Shown one piece after another: positions 21,201-32,600 of a DNA stretch of 64,000 nt. The stretch comes from Macrostomum lignano (lineage: Eukaryota). Every line of letters begins with the position of its first letter. The first letter of the stretch is position 1. Position numbers and translations under genes: made by a program. The notes under the pieces were generated by a model. The model had not been told where the DNA came from and made no database searches. It saw nothing but the letters and a program-made list of their open reading frames with translations. The stretch covers positions 1-64,000 of the forward strand of contig NIVC01002517.1 of the NCBI GenBank assembly GCA_002269645.1, written 5' to 3'.

Positions 21201-22249
21201 GGCTCGATTCCAAGTGCAGTCACATTAATTTGGGGCTAAATTGGGATCTCGGCTTGGCTCTGCTCGTGCAATTAACGGCCCTGAGGGCCAACTCCCAAGG
21301 CACAGTGAAGTGTACATGCCTAACGATAATATAAAGTTAGGGCCGCTGTACACTCCTGTGTGAGTGTGTGCCTGTGCGTATGACTGCGTACGTATCCGCG
21401 CGCTTGTGTGCCTGCTCAGGGGAGTCGGCGGAATGGGCAGCAATGCCTCTCGCCGGTTGTGTGACAAATGTCGCTCAAAGTGCGCCAGGGGACATAGGTC
21501 ATGACACTGACACAGGCTGACACGAGCCATGACATAGGCCATGAGACAGGCTATGACACATGGTATGACACACAGGGTATGACTGGGTATGACACAGGGT
21601 ATGACACAGGGTATGACACAGGCTATGACACAGGGTATGACACAGGATATGACACAGGGTATGATACAGGGTATGATACAGGGTATGACACAGGGTATGA
21701 CACACAGGGTATGACAAAAGGGTATGACACAGGGTATGACACAGGGTATGACACAGGGTATGACACAGGGTATGACACAGGGTATGACACAGGGTATGAC
21801 ACAGGGTATGACACAGGCTGACACAGGGTATGACACAGGCTGACACAGGCTGACACAGGGTATGACACAGGCTAGGACAATGATCCAGTGCGGTTGTTTG
21901 CAGTTATGATTCAATTACTCGTATATATTATTATTGTCAGTAAAACCTCTACTCGTAATTAAAGTTGAAACTATAAGTTGCAAACCTATATATAATTAAT
22001 GTTTTTCTTCACCGAATTCTTAAAAAGATCCCTTCATCCTCTCCCATGGTTTTCCAGCAGCCGCAGCAGCAGCCGCAGCAGCAGCCGCACTCCCAGACAT
22101 CGTCAGCCAATCGGCACAAGGTCAACCGTCGAGCTGGGCGGCCCATCGTTGCTACTAACAGTAGTGCTATTAGTAGCAGTAGTAGTAGCTACAGTAGTCA
22201 ACCGCATTACGCGTCAAGTAGGCCCGTTCGTTTGAGTACCCTTTTGTAG
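7255..22249 (+). CDS. yurt: Yurt/EPB41L5-EPB41L4B-like FERM (band 4.1) protein, ~802 aa. Exons 7255-7377, 7863-8022, 8804-8885, 8981-9081, 9955-10081, 10171-10258, 13448-13536, 13647-13716, 14023-14399, 16515-16624, 16965-17121, 17529-17672, 19001-19085, 19285-19787, 22058-22249
   Basis: FERM motifs [83 protein letters not shown] and [17 protein letters not shown], then an FA-like region ([11 protein letters not shown]). The KFYSSEP and GLFFWP motifs match Yurt/EPB41L5 as recalled. All junctions are GT-AG with matching phases. Exon lengths sum to 2408 nt; one restored base gives 2409 = 803 codons. C-terminus STLL* is PDZ-binding-like. Low-complexity 3' exons are less certain. Confidence 0.85.
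8180..8735. repeat. 16-bp minisatellite (CCATGACCCAAACTAT)n, yurt intron 2
   Basis: Direct periodicity. Confidence 0.93.
9280..9720. repeat. 30-bp minisatellite (AAAAGTACACTGAAAGTCTGGAGGCTTAGC)n, yurt intron 4
   Basis: Direct periodicity of 30 bp. Confidence 0.93.
10345..11280. repeat. 23-bp minisatellite (TTCCATAATTGAGTCATGAACTG)n, yurt intron 6
   Basis: Direct periodicity of 23 bp, ~40 copies. Confidence 0.95.
11781..12958 (+). repeat. 18-19-bp minisatellite (GGGGTTGTAGCCTAGTGA)n, ~60 copies, matching a SINE 5' head
   Basis: The unit matches the SINE starts GGATTGTAGCCTAGTGG (2733) and GGGCTTGTAGCCTAGTGG (45175, minus strand). Confidence 0.93.
12970..13175 (+). mobile_element. SINE family B body directly following the A-box minisatellite
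   Basis: TTGTCGTGCGATTCAC..GAGGGCCAACCCCAAAGGCACAGAGATGTACATGCCTTACGAT..GTCAGGGCTGCTATACAC..CTCAGGAGTCAGCGGAACGGGCAG aligns with the copies at 15723 and 21144. Confidence 0.8.
13195..13340. repeat. 25-bp minisatellite (CATTATCTGATCCCATATCGATCCT)n
   Basis: About 5-6 direct copies. Confidence 0.85.
13800..13985. repeat. Degenerate ~30-bp repeat (CTAATCCTCATTTGAGGCATTTAATC...) in yurt intron 8
   Basis: About 6 imperfect copies. Confidence 0.75.
14415..14975. repeat. 22-bp minisatellite (GACAGGGTGAAGCTGACAGGAT)n at the 5' end of yurt intron 9
   Basis: Direct periodicity, with interspersed longer variants. Confidence 0.93.
15195..15243. repeat. (CT)n microsatellite
   Basis: About 24 TC dinucleotides. 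Confidence 0.97.
15723..16050 (+). mobile_element. tRNA-derived SINE family B, apparently full length
   Basis: A box TAGCCTAGTGG and B box GGCTCGATTCC; highly similar to the copy at 21144. Confidence 0.85.
16740..16900. repeat. 32-bp minisatellite (ATTGTGCGTACATTAGGGTAAGGGATTGAGCC), ~5 copies, yurt intron 10
   Basis: Direct periodicity of 32 bp. Confidence 0.9.
17140..17410. repeat. 16-bp minisatellite (AGCTTGGGGATTGTGA)n, yurt intron 11
   Basis: Direct periodicity. Confidence 0.93.
18245..18870. repeat. 15-bp minisatellite (AGAGTAGAACAGCAG)n with a 120-bp higher-order repeat, yurt intron 12
   Basis: The lines starting at 18421, 18541 and 18661 are identical. Confidence 0.95.
19787..20490 (+). 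mobile_element. Diverged SINE family B copy with an internally expanded 19-bp minisatellite (GAGTTTGTACACCCTGTGT)n at ~19930-20420
   Basis: A box-like TGGCTGACGTCGG (19793), B box GGTTCGAGTC (19837) and body GAGGGCCAA..GGCATAGAGTGTACAC..GACGAT..TCAGG. The array unit matches the family B segment TGTACACCCTGTGTGA. Confidence 0.65.
21144..21495 (+). mobile_element. tRNA-derived SINE family B, apparently full length
   Basis: A box TAGCCCAGTGG and B box GGCTCGATTCC; aligns along its length with 15723-16050. Confidence 0.85.
21500..21880. repeat. 12-bp minisatellite (TATGACACAGGG)n abutting the SINE 3' end
   Basis: Direct periodicity; spurious (YDTG)n ORF. Confidence 0.95.
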
Positions 22250-22404
22250 CAACTGACTCACCACCTCATGTTTCTGTCGAGGGTCGAGGGTCAATTTCTC
22301 TTGATTGTCATTAAAATAGCGTAGAGTTTTTGGTCTAATTTTGAATTTTTTGAGTTTAAAACAGCTTTGGTATTCTTCAATATTTTTTTAGATAATTCAC
22401 TTAG

Positions 22405-23450
22405 TTTTGGGGTTATTCACTTAGGTTTGAGATCGTTCACTTAGGCTTGGGATCATTCACTTAGGCTTGGGTTATTCACTTAGGTTTGGGATCGTTCACT
22501 TAGGCTTGGGATCATTCACTTAGGCTTGGGTTATTCACTTAGGTTTAGGATCGTTCACTTAGGCTTGGGATCATTCACTTAGGCTTGGGTTATTCACTTA
22601 GGTTTGGGATCATTCATTTAGGCTTGGGTTATTCACTTAGGTTTGGGATCGTTCACTTGAGCTTGAGATCATTCACTTAGGTTTGTGATCATTCACTTAG
22701 GCTTGAGATCATTCACTTAGGCTTGGGTTATTCACTTAGGTTTGGGATCGTTCACTTAGGCTTGGGATCATTCACTTAGGCTTGGGTTATTCACTTAGGT
22801 TTGGGATCGTTCATTTAGGCTTGGGATCGTTCACTTAGGCTTGAGATCATTCACTTAGGCTTGGGTTATTCACTTAGGTTTGGGATCATTCATTTAGGCT
22901 TGAGATCATTCACTTAGGCTTGGGTTATTCACTTAGGTTTGGGATCATTCATTTAGGCTTGGGTTATTCACTTAGGTTTGGGATCGTTCACTTAGGCTTG
23001 GGATCATTCACTTAGGCTTGGGTTATTCACTTAGGTTTGGGATCGTTCACTTAGGCTTGGGATCATTCACTTAGGCTTGGGTTATTCACTTAGGTTTGGG
23101 ATCGTTCACTTAGGCTTGGGATCGTTCACTTAGGCTTGAGATCATTCACTTAGGCTTGGGTTATTCACTTAGGTTTGGGATCATTCACTTAGGCTTGGGT
23201 TATTCACTTAGGTTTGGGATCATTCACTTGAGCTTGAGATCATTCACTTAGGTTTGTGATCATTCACTTAGGCTTGAGATCATTCACTTAGGTTTGGGAT
23301 CATTCACTTAGGTTTGGGATCATTCACTTGAGCTTGAGATCATTCACTTAGGTTTGTGATCATTCACTTAGGCTTGAGATCATTCACTTAGGTTTGGGAT
23401 CATTCACTTAGGCTTGAGATCATTCACTTAGGCTTGGGATCATTCACTTA
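22405..23450. repeat. 20-bp minisatellite (TTCACTTAGGCTTGGGATCA)n, downstream of the yurt stop
   Basis: Exact 20-bp periodicity, ~50 copies. Confidence 0.96.
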
Positions 23451-24330
23451 GTATTTTGTGATGCTTGAATAACTTTACAGATCATTCACAGAGTTATTCT
23501 ACATTTGCTAACCATTATTCGGATAAAGAATGATTCGGATAAATTGTCTCTAATAAGTATTACTTTCGCTAGTTTAGTTGTAAATTTTGCGACAAAAACT
23601 AATTTATGTTTTGTACTAAACTATTTATCGCGTATTACTTTTGTCACTAAAATGATTATGATTTATTTTAATCACACATTCCCTATTGGCTGTGCTAGCT
23701 GCGAATGGTGTACGGTAGGCCAGCCCGTGTTTACACATTAAATTGTGATTCGAAGTCATGTATTTATTTCAGTTTTATAATTATATGTGTACTGTTTTAC
23801 TATTTAAAATCTGGTACACGCTTTTATTATAAAAATATTCATAATTGTTTTATTTACTCGCATTGGCGCCTACTTAACGCGAGTTATTATATTAGTAGTC
23901 TATTGAGGATTGCGTGTGATGATTTCTAGTGGACATTCAATACACATTCAATCTTTGCACTAACTGTTTTTTGTCGCATTGATCTGCGGGGGGATGTTCG
24001 GGGGGCCCAATGTATTACTGACCTAAGCCTAAGCTAAGCAATCCAACTATATACTAAATATTGATTGTGTCAAACTTATTTCTGTTAGCCCAGAAATCAA
24101 CATACTTTCATCTACTATGAGTAATGTGTAGTGTGTAGCTACCCAGCTTTCCCGTCGCTTCCATGACAAACCTGCAGTCTTTGTTTATTGTCCTATACTC
24201 TGTTTATAATTTTCTAAGAATATTCATGCGTATTGCCTTTGTAGTTTTTGTTCGTAAGTTTTTTTTTAAATAACGGAGTAAATATTACAGAAAATATTGC
24301 AAACTTAATTCAACAAATGAAGCTGTCCCA

Positions 24331-24780
24331 ACCACAGATGCTAGAATAACCGGATGGGCCACTCAGCACATTTGCGTGTAAGCTACTTTCAGTTCAGTAG
24401 TAAGTTAAACAGAAGCATTTTAATTATTTTTAAAGCCAAGGCTAATTTATTGGCTCTTACCCACAGCTTAAACCCTTCAACCGCGCCTTTCCACACTACC
24501 CCCCTCGCCCCGCTCCAATTTTTATTGCCTTTCTCGGAATTCCAGCCTAAAGCTGCCATGTACATTTCAGTGGACTGGCTAATGTACATTATTGTTGAAC
24601 CAATTACCAAGCTGTTTACGCCTGCAAGCTTGGGCTTCTAAACTTATCAAAGTCGTTTCAGCTGGCTTTATTTTTATAAAATAGCTTATGTATTCTTCTT
24701 TGCTACTGAACTGAAAGTAGAAAGCTGTTTTACTAAGTATATGCCTGAGTGGCCCATCTGGTTATTCTTGTATCTGTGAT
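24331..24780. mobile_element. MITE-like element with ~110-bp imperfect terminal inverted repeats
   Basis: The left end ACCACAGATGCTAGAATAACCGGATGGGCCACTCAG matches the reverse complement of the right end at 32/36. A further 18/18 block is CTACTTTCAGTTCAGTAG. CCA on both flanks could be a 3-bp TSD. Confidence 0.65.
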
Positions 24781-25269
24781 CCAACTAAACTGTGTTATTA
24801 AATGCATAGGTAGTATACGAACTAGATGTGTCACCTAAATACTTAATATATAGTGTTTTAATATACTTGCAAATAAATTTGAATTGTCATTTTCTCAAAA
24901 TACTACTGCACAGCTGCTGTACACTGGTGACATATCTAGGGTATTATGTACTATCTATGATTTATTACGTATGAATTCACTAATTCGACATGTATTCCGC
25001 GCATTCCAAGTCTTTTATAACATTTTGAACTAAGTTACATTCCAATTCCAAATGGAACTATTGATGAGTTTTCATTAGTATGAATGCACTTGATTACCTG
25101 GAATAACTAATAACTAATCAGATTGCATTAGTTCGATAGGGCTGACTTGTTTTTAACACAGATTTTTAATTAAAAAGTAAAAATACACATTTATTGCGAT
25201 TCGTACAAATATTGACTTTGCACTCTTTTGACTAGTTGTGCGACAACTGTTGAAAGTCGGAGTTTTGAG

Positions 25270-25978
25270 TTCCATTGTCAGAGTTAAGTCATTTCTGTGT
25301 TCCATTGTCAGAGTTGAGTCATTTCTGTGTTCCATTGTCAGAGTTGAGTCATTTCTGTGTTCCATTGTCAGAGTTGAGTCATTTCTGTGTTCCATTGTCA
25401 GAGTTGAGTCATTTCTGTGTTCCATTGTCAGAGTTGAGTCATTTCAGTGTTTCATTGTCAGAGTTGAGTCATTTCAGTGTTCCATTGTCAGAGTTGAGTC
25501 ATTTCTGTGTTCCATTGTCAGAGTTGAGTCATTTCTGTGTTCCATTGTCAGAGTTGAGTCATTTCAGTGTTCCATTGTCAGAGTTGAGTCATTTCAGTGT
25601 TTCATTGTCAGAGTTGAGTCATTTCTGTGTTCCATTGTCTGAGTTGAGTCATTTCAGTGTTCCATTGTCTGAGTTGAGTCATTTCTGTGTTCCATTGTCA
25701 GAGTTGAGTCATTTCAGTGTTCCATTGTCTGAGTTGAGTCATTTCAGTGTTTCATTGTCAGAGTTGAGTCATTTCTGTGTTCCATTGTCAGAGTTGAGTC
25801 ATTTCAGTGTTCCATTGTCAGAGTTGAGTCATTTCAGTGTTTCATTGTCAGAGTTGAGTCATTTCAGTGTTCCATTGTCTGAGTTGAGTCATTTCAGTGT
25901 TTCATTGTCAGAGTTGAGTCATTTCAGTGTTCCATTGTCTGATTTGAGTCATTTCAGTGTTTCATTGTCAGAGTTGAG
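25270..25978. repeat. 30-bp minisatellite (GAGTTGAGTCATTTCTGTGTTCCATTGTCA)n
   Basis: Exact 30-bp periodicity, ~23 copies. Confidence 0.96.
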
Positions 25979-25999
25979 ACATGTCACTCTCACCTGACC

Positions 26000-26190
26000 C
26001 CTGAGCACGCACTTGGATAGTGTACGCAGGCATGCATTCATAAACACGATCACACAGGGTGTACAGCGGCCCTGATTACTCATCGTCAGGCATGTACACC
26101 CTTTGTGCCAATTGGTGTTTGACCCTCATTGGTGTGAATTGCACGACAAACCCCTAGATCAATTTCCGTGCACACCAGCCCCAATGTTAA
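26000..26190 (-). mobile_element. Diverged SINE family B body
   Basis: Reverse complement reads TTGTCGTGCAATTCAC..GAGGGTCAAAC..GGCACAAAGGGTGTACATGCCCTGACGATGAGTAATCAGGGCCGCTGTACACCCTGTGTGA..GTGCTCAGGGG. Confidence 0.75.
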
Positions 26191-26509
26191 TTTCACCTTG
26201 CTAATATGTTATAATACCCATTCGGTACTTTGGCGCTGATCTGCCCTGCCCCCTCAAAAGCAGCCCTAAAAGTACATTGTAGTGTCAGTTTTAGATTTTC
26301 CACTTTCCTGCCCTCTAGAAAGTTAAGTGTAGGATAAACTTTCTAAACAAGAAAACGCTTCTGTCAGCTGAAAAACAGCAAATTATTTGTAACGCTTTTT
26401 CTTGAAGCAAAATCTGCAACATTAGGGTAGGAATTTCTTCCAGGCTTGAAGAGTTAAGGATAAATCTTCCCATACCGGCATCTGGGAAGAGCCGCGAGAA
26501 CGGAAAGGG

Positions 26510-26600
26510 TCAGCGGGATCCGATTGGCTGAGGGCAGGGTTGCAACCCACAGCCCCAGAGTGCGGCTGTGTCGGATACATACATCAGTCACTGCACAGAG
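26510..26600 (+). promoter_or_regulatory. Possible MLCK core promoter: reverse CCAAT (ATTGG, ~26524) and Inr-like TCAGTC (~26584) upstream of GCCAGCATG
   Basis: Motif inspection only. Confidence 0.3.
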
Positions 26601-26676
26601 TCTGCAACCCAGCAGCTTCTAGCAGCTAAGAGTGGAATTCTTGTTTTGAATCGAAGCATCCCAGCTCAATGCCAGC

Positions 26677-29600
26677 ATGTTCAAGCGGGTATTCCAGCGA
26701 TCGCGCAGGGTTAAGGATGAGGCGGAGTCGGGTGAGTAATGCGACGTCGTGAAGCAATTAATGTCCTTGTCCATGGGTACGTCGATATTAAACATTGGTT
26801 GCTAGCTCGATTTTCGGCGAAAGCTTGCCTCCCTTTGCCGATATTTTCCATTTTGAAGCAATGAAATTTGCTCATTTCTAAACAAGTCAGATGTAGCTTA
26901 TAAGGATGGATATACACTACCTGGATCGCAGATTCTATACATGTCACTCTATACTATACAGGCCCCAAAAACCCCGGGGTTAAGGCCATAGACACCAGCT
27001 GCTGCTGCTGCTAATTTAGCTCGTACTTGAGAGCAGCAGAATCTACAGTCTATGGCCTGAAACCCGAGGTTTTCGCGCTGCGGCTAGAGTGGCCCATCTA
27101 GGTAACATAGTCTCTAACCTAGATCGCTTGGTAGCATCCTTGCTACTTCAGTTGTCATGGTTCATTGTTTCTACATTGCTAAATTACTCTGCGTGACTCA
27201 TTTCTACCAGACGATGACACTGACCCCATGGTGCTGAAGAAAAAGGTCGAAGTGAAAGAGAACTCCAAAGTCGAAACGGATTATACAATTCACGAGGTGA
27301 TTGGCAGGTAATCTGAGGGGCTGTTGAGCTTTGATAATTTTTGACGACTGTTAGATACCACCGGATTACCCAAAAACACTGGGTGCACTAAAATCCCATC
27401 TAGTAGTACCTCAATTTATACTCATCACTTCGATAAACCCAACACCTAAAAACTAGCTAAACAACACTAAAATACTCGTATAGTACAATTTAATCAAGAA
27501 ATATCGGCCACCCCAGTAACACCAAACACCCCAAAAACCACCCCAAAAACACTCATCACCTCAAATAAAATCCACTATCCGAAATTAAATCCACCACCCC
27601 AAAAAAGCCACACCCCAAACAAAACCCACCACCCCAAAATAGCCCACCACCCCAAAATAGCCCACCACCCCAAATAAAACCCACCACCCCAAATGAAACC
27701 CACCACCCCAAATAAAACCCACCACCCCAAATGAAACCCACCACTCCCAAAAAACCCACCACCCCAAATAAAACCCACCACCCCAAATGAAACCCACCAC
27801 CCCCAAAAAACCCACCACCCCAAATAAAACCTACCACTCCAAATAAGACCCATCACCCCAAATAAAACCAAGCACCCCCAAAACCCCCACCCCAAAATGA
27901 AACCCATCAATAAAAAACCCCAACACTTCAGCAACCGTCGCCCCCTTCCAATGAGGCAGCATCGCCAAACCTTGCCCGCCTTCCCGCAGCGGTCGCTTCG
28001 GCGAAGTGTGCAGGTGCACCGAGAAGGCCACCTCGAAGCAGTTCGCCGCCAAATACCTGAAGGCTGGCACCGAGGACGAGCGCGAGAGCGTGGCCAACGA
28101 GATCGCCATCATGAAGCGGCTGAAGCATCCCCGACTGCTGCAGCTTTACGACGCGTGCTTATTCAAAGATGAATACGTTCTCATCGTTGAGCTGTGAGTA
28201 GCTTGCCAGATTCTTGTTCCTCGTCAGCCATTCAACCAACCTTCGGGATCTTCAGCAGTGAAGGAGACCCATGTTCTGAAACTCAATTTCAATACTTTCC
28301 TTAATTCGTTTTGGGGGTTGTCGAAAGTCAAGTGCCCTCATGGGAGAAAAGTCCCTAAAGCCGCTCTGCCCTTTTAAGGGACCTTTTATAATACCTTTTA
28401 TAATACCTTTTATAATACCATTTATAATACAGCATCACAGGCGGCGAGCTCTTCGATCGGGTGATTGACGAGAATTTCGATCTGACCGAGTCCAAGTGCG
28501 AGAAATTTATGACCGAGATTTGCGAGGGCATCGAGTACATTCACTCGCAAAATGTGCTGCATCTCGATCTCAAGGTTGGAGCGCCGTGAAGTTTCACTTG
28601 AAGTCTTCGGTTATTAGTGACTGCTGTTGTAGTGAAATTGGCGTTTGTAAGACTGATAAATGGTATCTATTGGATCTAGATAGTAGATAGGATTAGCAGA
28701 TGGATTATCTACCAGATCTAGATGGATTAGTAGATACTTCGTAGATTAGCTAAAAGATTTAGACGGAGTATTAATTGAATATAGATAGGTAATTTGAGGG
28801 ATTAACCATTGGATTAGTAGACAAATTAGCGACAGGATCAAGATGGATTAGAAAACAGATTAGCGACAGTATCTAGATGAATTAATAGACAGACTAGCGA
28901 CAGGTTCTAGATGGATTAGTAGACGGATTAGGGACAGAATCTAGATGGATTAGTAGATGGATTAGCAACCGAATCTAGATGGATTAGTAGAGAGATTAGC
29001 AACCGGATCTAGATGGATTAGTAGAGGGATTAACCATCGAATCTAGACAAATCACAGCTATCCCCCGCAGCCGGAGAATATTCTGTGCCTGACTCCCAAC
29101 GGCTATCGCATCAAGATCATCGACTTTGGCCTGTCCCGCTCGAACGCCGCCAACCTCCGCGTGATGTTCGGCACGCCTGAGTTCGTGTCGCCCGAGGTGC
29201 TGGCCTTCGACCCTGTGGGCCCGCCGGCCGATATGTGGTCCGTGGGCGTCATCTGCTACGTACTGTGAGCCGCCGGCTTGGTCTACCGATGAGGCTTTGC
29301 TTTGAGAGTGACAAGTGTGTCGATGGATTGACAAGTGTGTCGATGGATTGACAACTGTGTCGATGGAGTGACAAGTGTGTCGATGGAGTGACAAGTGTGT
29401 CGAATGACTGACAAGTGTGTCGATGGAGTGACAAGTGTGTCGAATGACTGACAAGTGTGCCAATGGAGTAAAAATTGAAGTGACAAGTGTGTCGATGGAG
29501 TGACAAGTGTGTCGATGGAGTGACAAGTGTGTCGAATGACTGACAAGTGTGTCGATGGAGTGACAAGTGTGTCGAATGACTGACAAGTGTGCCGATGGAG

Positions 29601-32600
29601 TAAAAATTGAAGTGACAAGTGTGTCGATGGAGTGACAAGTGTGTCGATGGAGTGACAAGTGTGTCGAATGACTGACAAGTGTGTCGATGGAGTGACAAGT
29701 GTGTCGATGGAGTGACAATTGAAGTGACAAGTGTGTCGATGGAGTGACAAGTGTGTCGATGGAGTGACAAGTGTGTCGATGGAGTGACAATTGAAGTGAC
29801 AAGTGTGTCGATGGAGTGACAAGTGTGTCGATGGAGTGACAAGTGTGTCGATGGAGTGACAAGTGTGTCGATGGAGTGACAAGTGTGTCGATGGAGTGAC
29901 AAGTGTGTCGATGGAGTGACAAGTGTGTCGATGAAGTGACAAGTGTGTCGATGAAGTGACAAGTGTGTCGATGGAGTGACAAGTGTGTCGAATGACTGAC
30001 AAGTGTGTCGATGGAGTGATAATTGAAGTGTCAAGTGTGCCGATGGAGTAACAATTTAAGTGACAAGTGTGCCGATGGAGTAACAAGTGTGTCGATGGAG
30101 TGAAGTGGAGTGACAAGTGTGTCGATTGAGTGAAAAGTGGAGTGACAAGTGTGTCGATGGAGTGAGAAGTGTGTCGATGGAGTGAGAAGTGTGTCGATGG
30201 ATTGACAAGTGTGTCGATGGAGTGAGAAGTGTGTCGATGGAGTGAGAAGTGTGTCGATGGAGTGAGAAGTGTGTCGATGGATTGACAAGTGTGTCGATGG
30301 AGTGACAGATGGTGTGGAAGGTGTTTTGGATAGATCTGCAGTGAAGTGGATGTGTGCGTATGCAGTGAAAATTCGTAGCAGTCCAAATTGCAGTTGCTGG
30401 GTGACATTCTATGGCATACTAGTAAATAGCTCGTAAATATCGCAGTTTATGGTTTACTTTTAGCAGTTGACTTTATTCCTATTATGCTAATCAATCAATC
30501 AGCAGTCAATCAATCAATCAGTTTGGAGCAGCCCCAATCAAAATCCAAGTCTGTTACTCCCTTTCTCTCTCTCAGCCAGCCCTGATTGTTGCTACTCAAT
30601 CAACTGAACATTCCAGCCTGTCGGGCCTCTCCCCCTTCATGGGCAAGCGGGACGCGGACACGTACGTCAACATTGCCCGGGTCAACTATTCGTTCAATTA
30701 TTCCGAATTTGACGAGATCTCGACCGAGGCCAAGGACTTTGTCAAACAGCTGCTTATCAAGGACCCCAAGTGAGGAAGATCTTATGTTGGGGGGGGGGGG
30801 TTGGCGGAAAGAGGCACAAATGGAAATCTTTTGTGCGAGCGGGAGTGTTCAAAATCTAGAAATTTTACAAGCTCTTACTAGCGTTAGGAGGAAAGTGGGG
30901 TAAGAGGGGCTCAACTAGGGGTGGGAGGAAAGTGGGTGGAAGGAAAATGGGGTAGGAGAGTGGGGTAGGAGAGTGGGTAGAAGGAGAGTGGGGTAGAGGG
31001 AGAGTGGGGTAGGAGAGTGGGTAGAAGGAGAGTGGGGTAGAGGGAGAGTGGGGTAGAAGAGTGGGGTAGAGGGAGAGTGGGGTAGGAGAGTGGGATAGGA
31101 GAGTGGGGTAGGAGAGTGGGATAGGAGAGTGGGGTAGGAGAGTGGGGTAGGAGAGTGGGGTAGGAGAGTGGGGTAGGAGAGTGGGGTAGAAGGAGAGTGG
31201 GGGATTAGTTCAGTTTTGCCGCACTCTGAGCGACATCACAAGTGTTTGAAAGCGATTTGCCGCACTGGCCCGTGCACCGGAGCGCGTAAAGGTTGATTTG
31301 AAGGCTGAAAAATAAGAGTGGAAATAGTAAATCACTGCACAGAACTGCAGCCGCTTTATGCTTTGCGCGGGCAAGGCTTCGGGCAGGCAGTGCTTTGCTT
31401 CATTGCCCGGCTGATAGCTGCTTTCAGAGACGAAAAAAGTGCATCTGACCAGAGAAACCAGCGGAAACTGTTTGGACATCTCTGCTGCAGAGAATCGCTC
31501 GATGAGGGAGGCTGCAAGCTGCTGATAAACAGTAGCGCAGACTTTCGCGCATTCGCTGCCAGATACAAAGTGAAGCCCAACATATCATGGAATACTAAGT
31601 ACAAAATCTGGAGTTAGAAGCTGCTGTCATGGAACACTAGAGACAGTATCTGGCTGGTATAGAGACACCAGCTGAGGCCATGGGATTCTAGAGACAGTAT
31701 CTGGGGTATAGAGACACCAGCTGAGGCCATGGAACTCTAGAGACAGTATCTGGCTGGTATAGAAACACAAGCTGAGGCCATGGAACACTAGAGACAGTAT
31801 CTGGGGTATAGAGACACAAGCTGAGGCCATGGAACTCTAGAGACAGTATCTGGGGTATAGAGACACCAGCTGAGGCCATGGAACACTAGAGACAGTATCT
31901 GGTATAGAGACACCAGCTGAGGCCATGGAACACTAGAGACAGTCTCTGGGGTATAGAGACACCAGCTGAGGCCATGGAACTCTAGAGACAGTATCTGGCT
32001 GGTATAGAGACATCAGCTGAGACCATGGAATTCTAGAGACAGTATCTGGTATAGAGACACCAGCTGAGGCCATGGAACTCTAGAGACAGTATCTGGTATA
32101 GAGACACCAGCTGAGGCCATGGAACTCTAGAGACAGTATCTGGGGTATAGAGACACAAGCTGAGGCCATGGAACTCTAGAGACAGTATCTGGGGTATAGA
32201 GACACCAGCTGAGGCCATGGAACACTAGAGACAGTATCTGGTATAGAGACACCAGCTGAGGCCATGGAACACTAGAGACAGTCTCTGGGGTATAGAGACA
32301 CCAGCTGAGGCCATGGAACTCTAGAGACAGTATCTGGCTGGTATAGAGACATCAGCTGAGACCATGGAATTCTAGAGACAGTATCTGGTATAGAGACACC
32401 AGCTGAGGCCATGGAACTCTAGAGACAGTATCTGGTATAGAAACACAAGCTGAGGCCATGGAACTCTAGAGACAGTATCTGGTATAGAAACACAAGCTGA
32501 GGCCATGGAACTCTAGAGACAGTATCTGGTATAGAAACACCAGCTGAGGCTATGGAATTATAGACGTGGAGTCTGGAGAGCCATGGAGAGACATTGAGAG

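Noticed and set aside
31210-31620. Unique intronic block as a telokin-like internal promoter or exon of MLCK
   Set aside because: No Ig-domain coding sequence downstream and no convincing splice or promoter signals.
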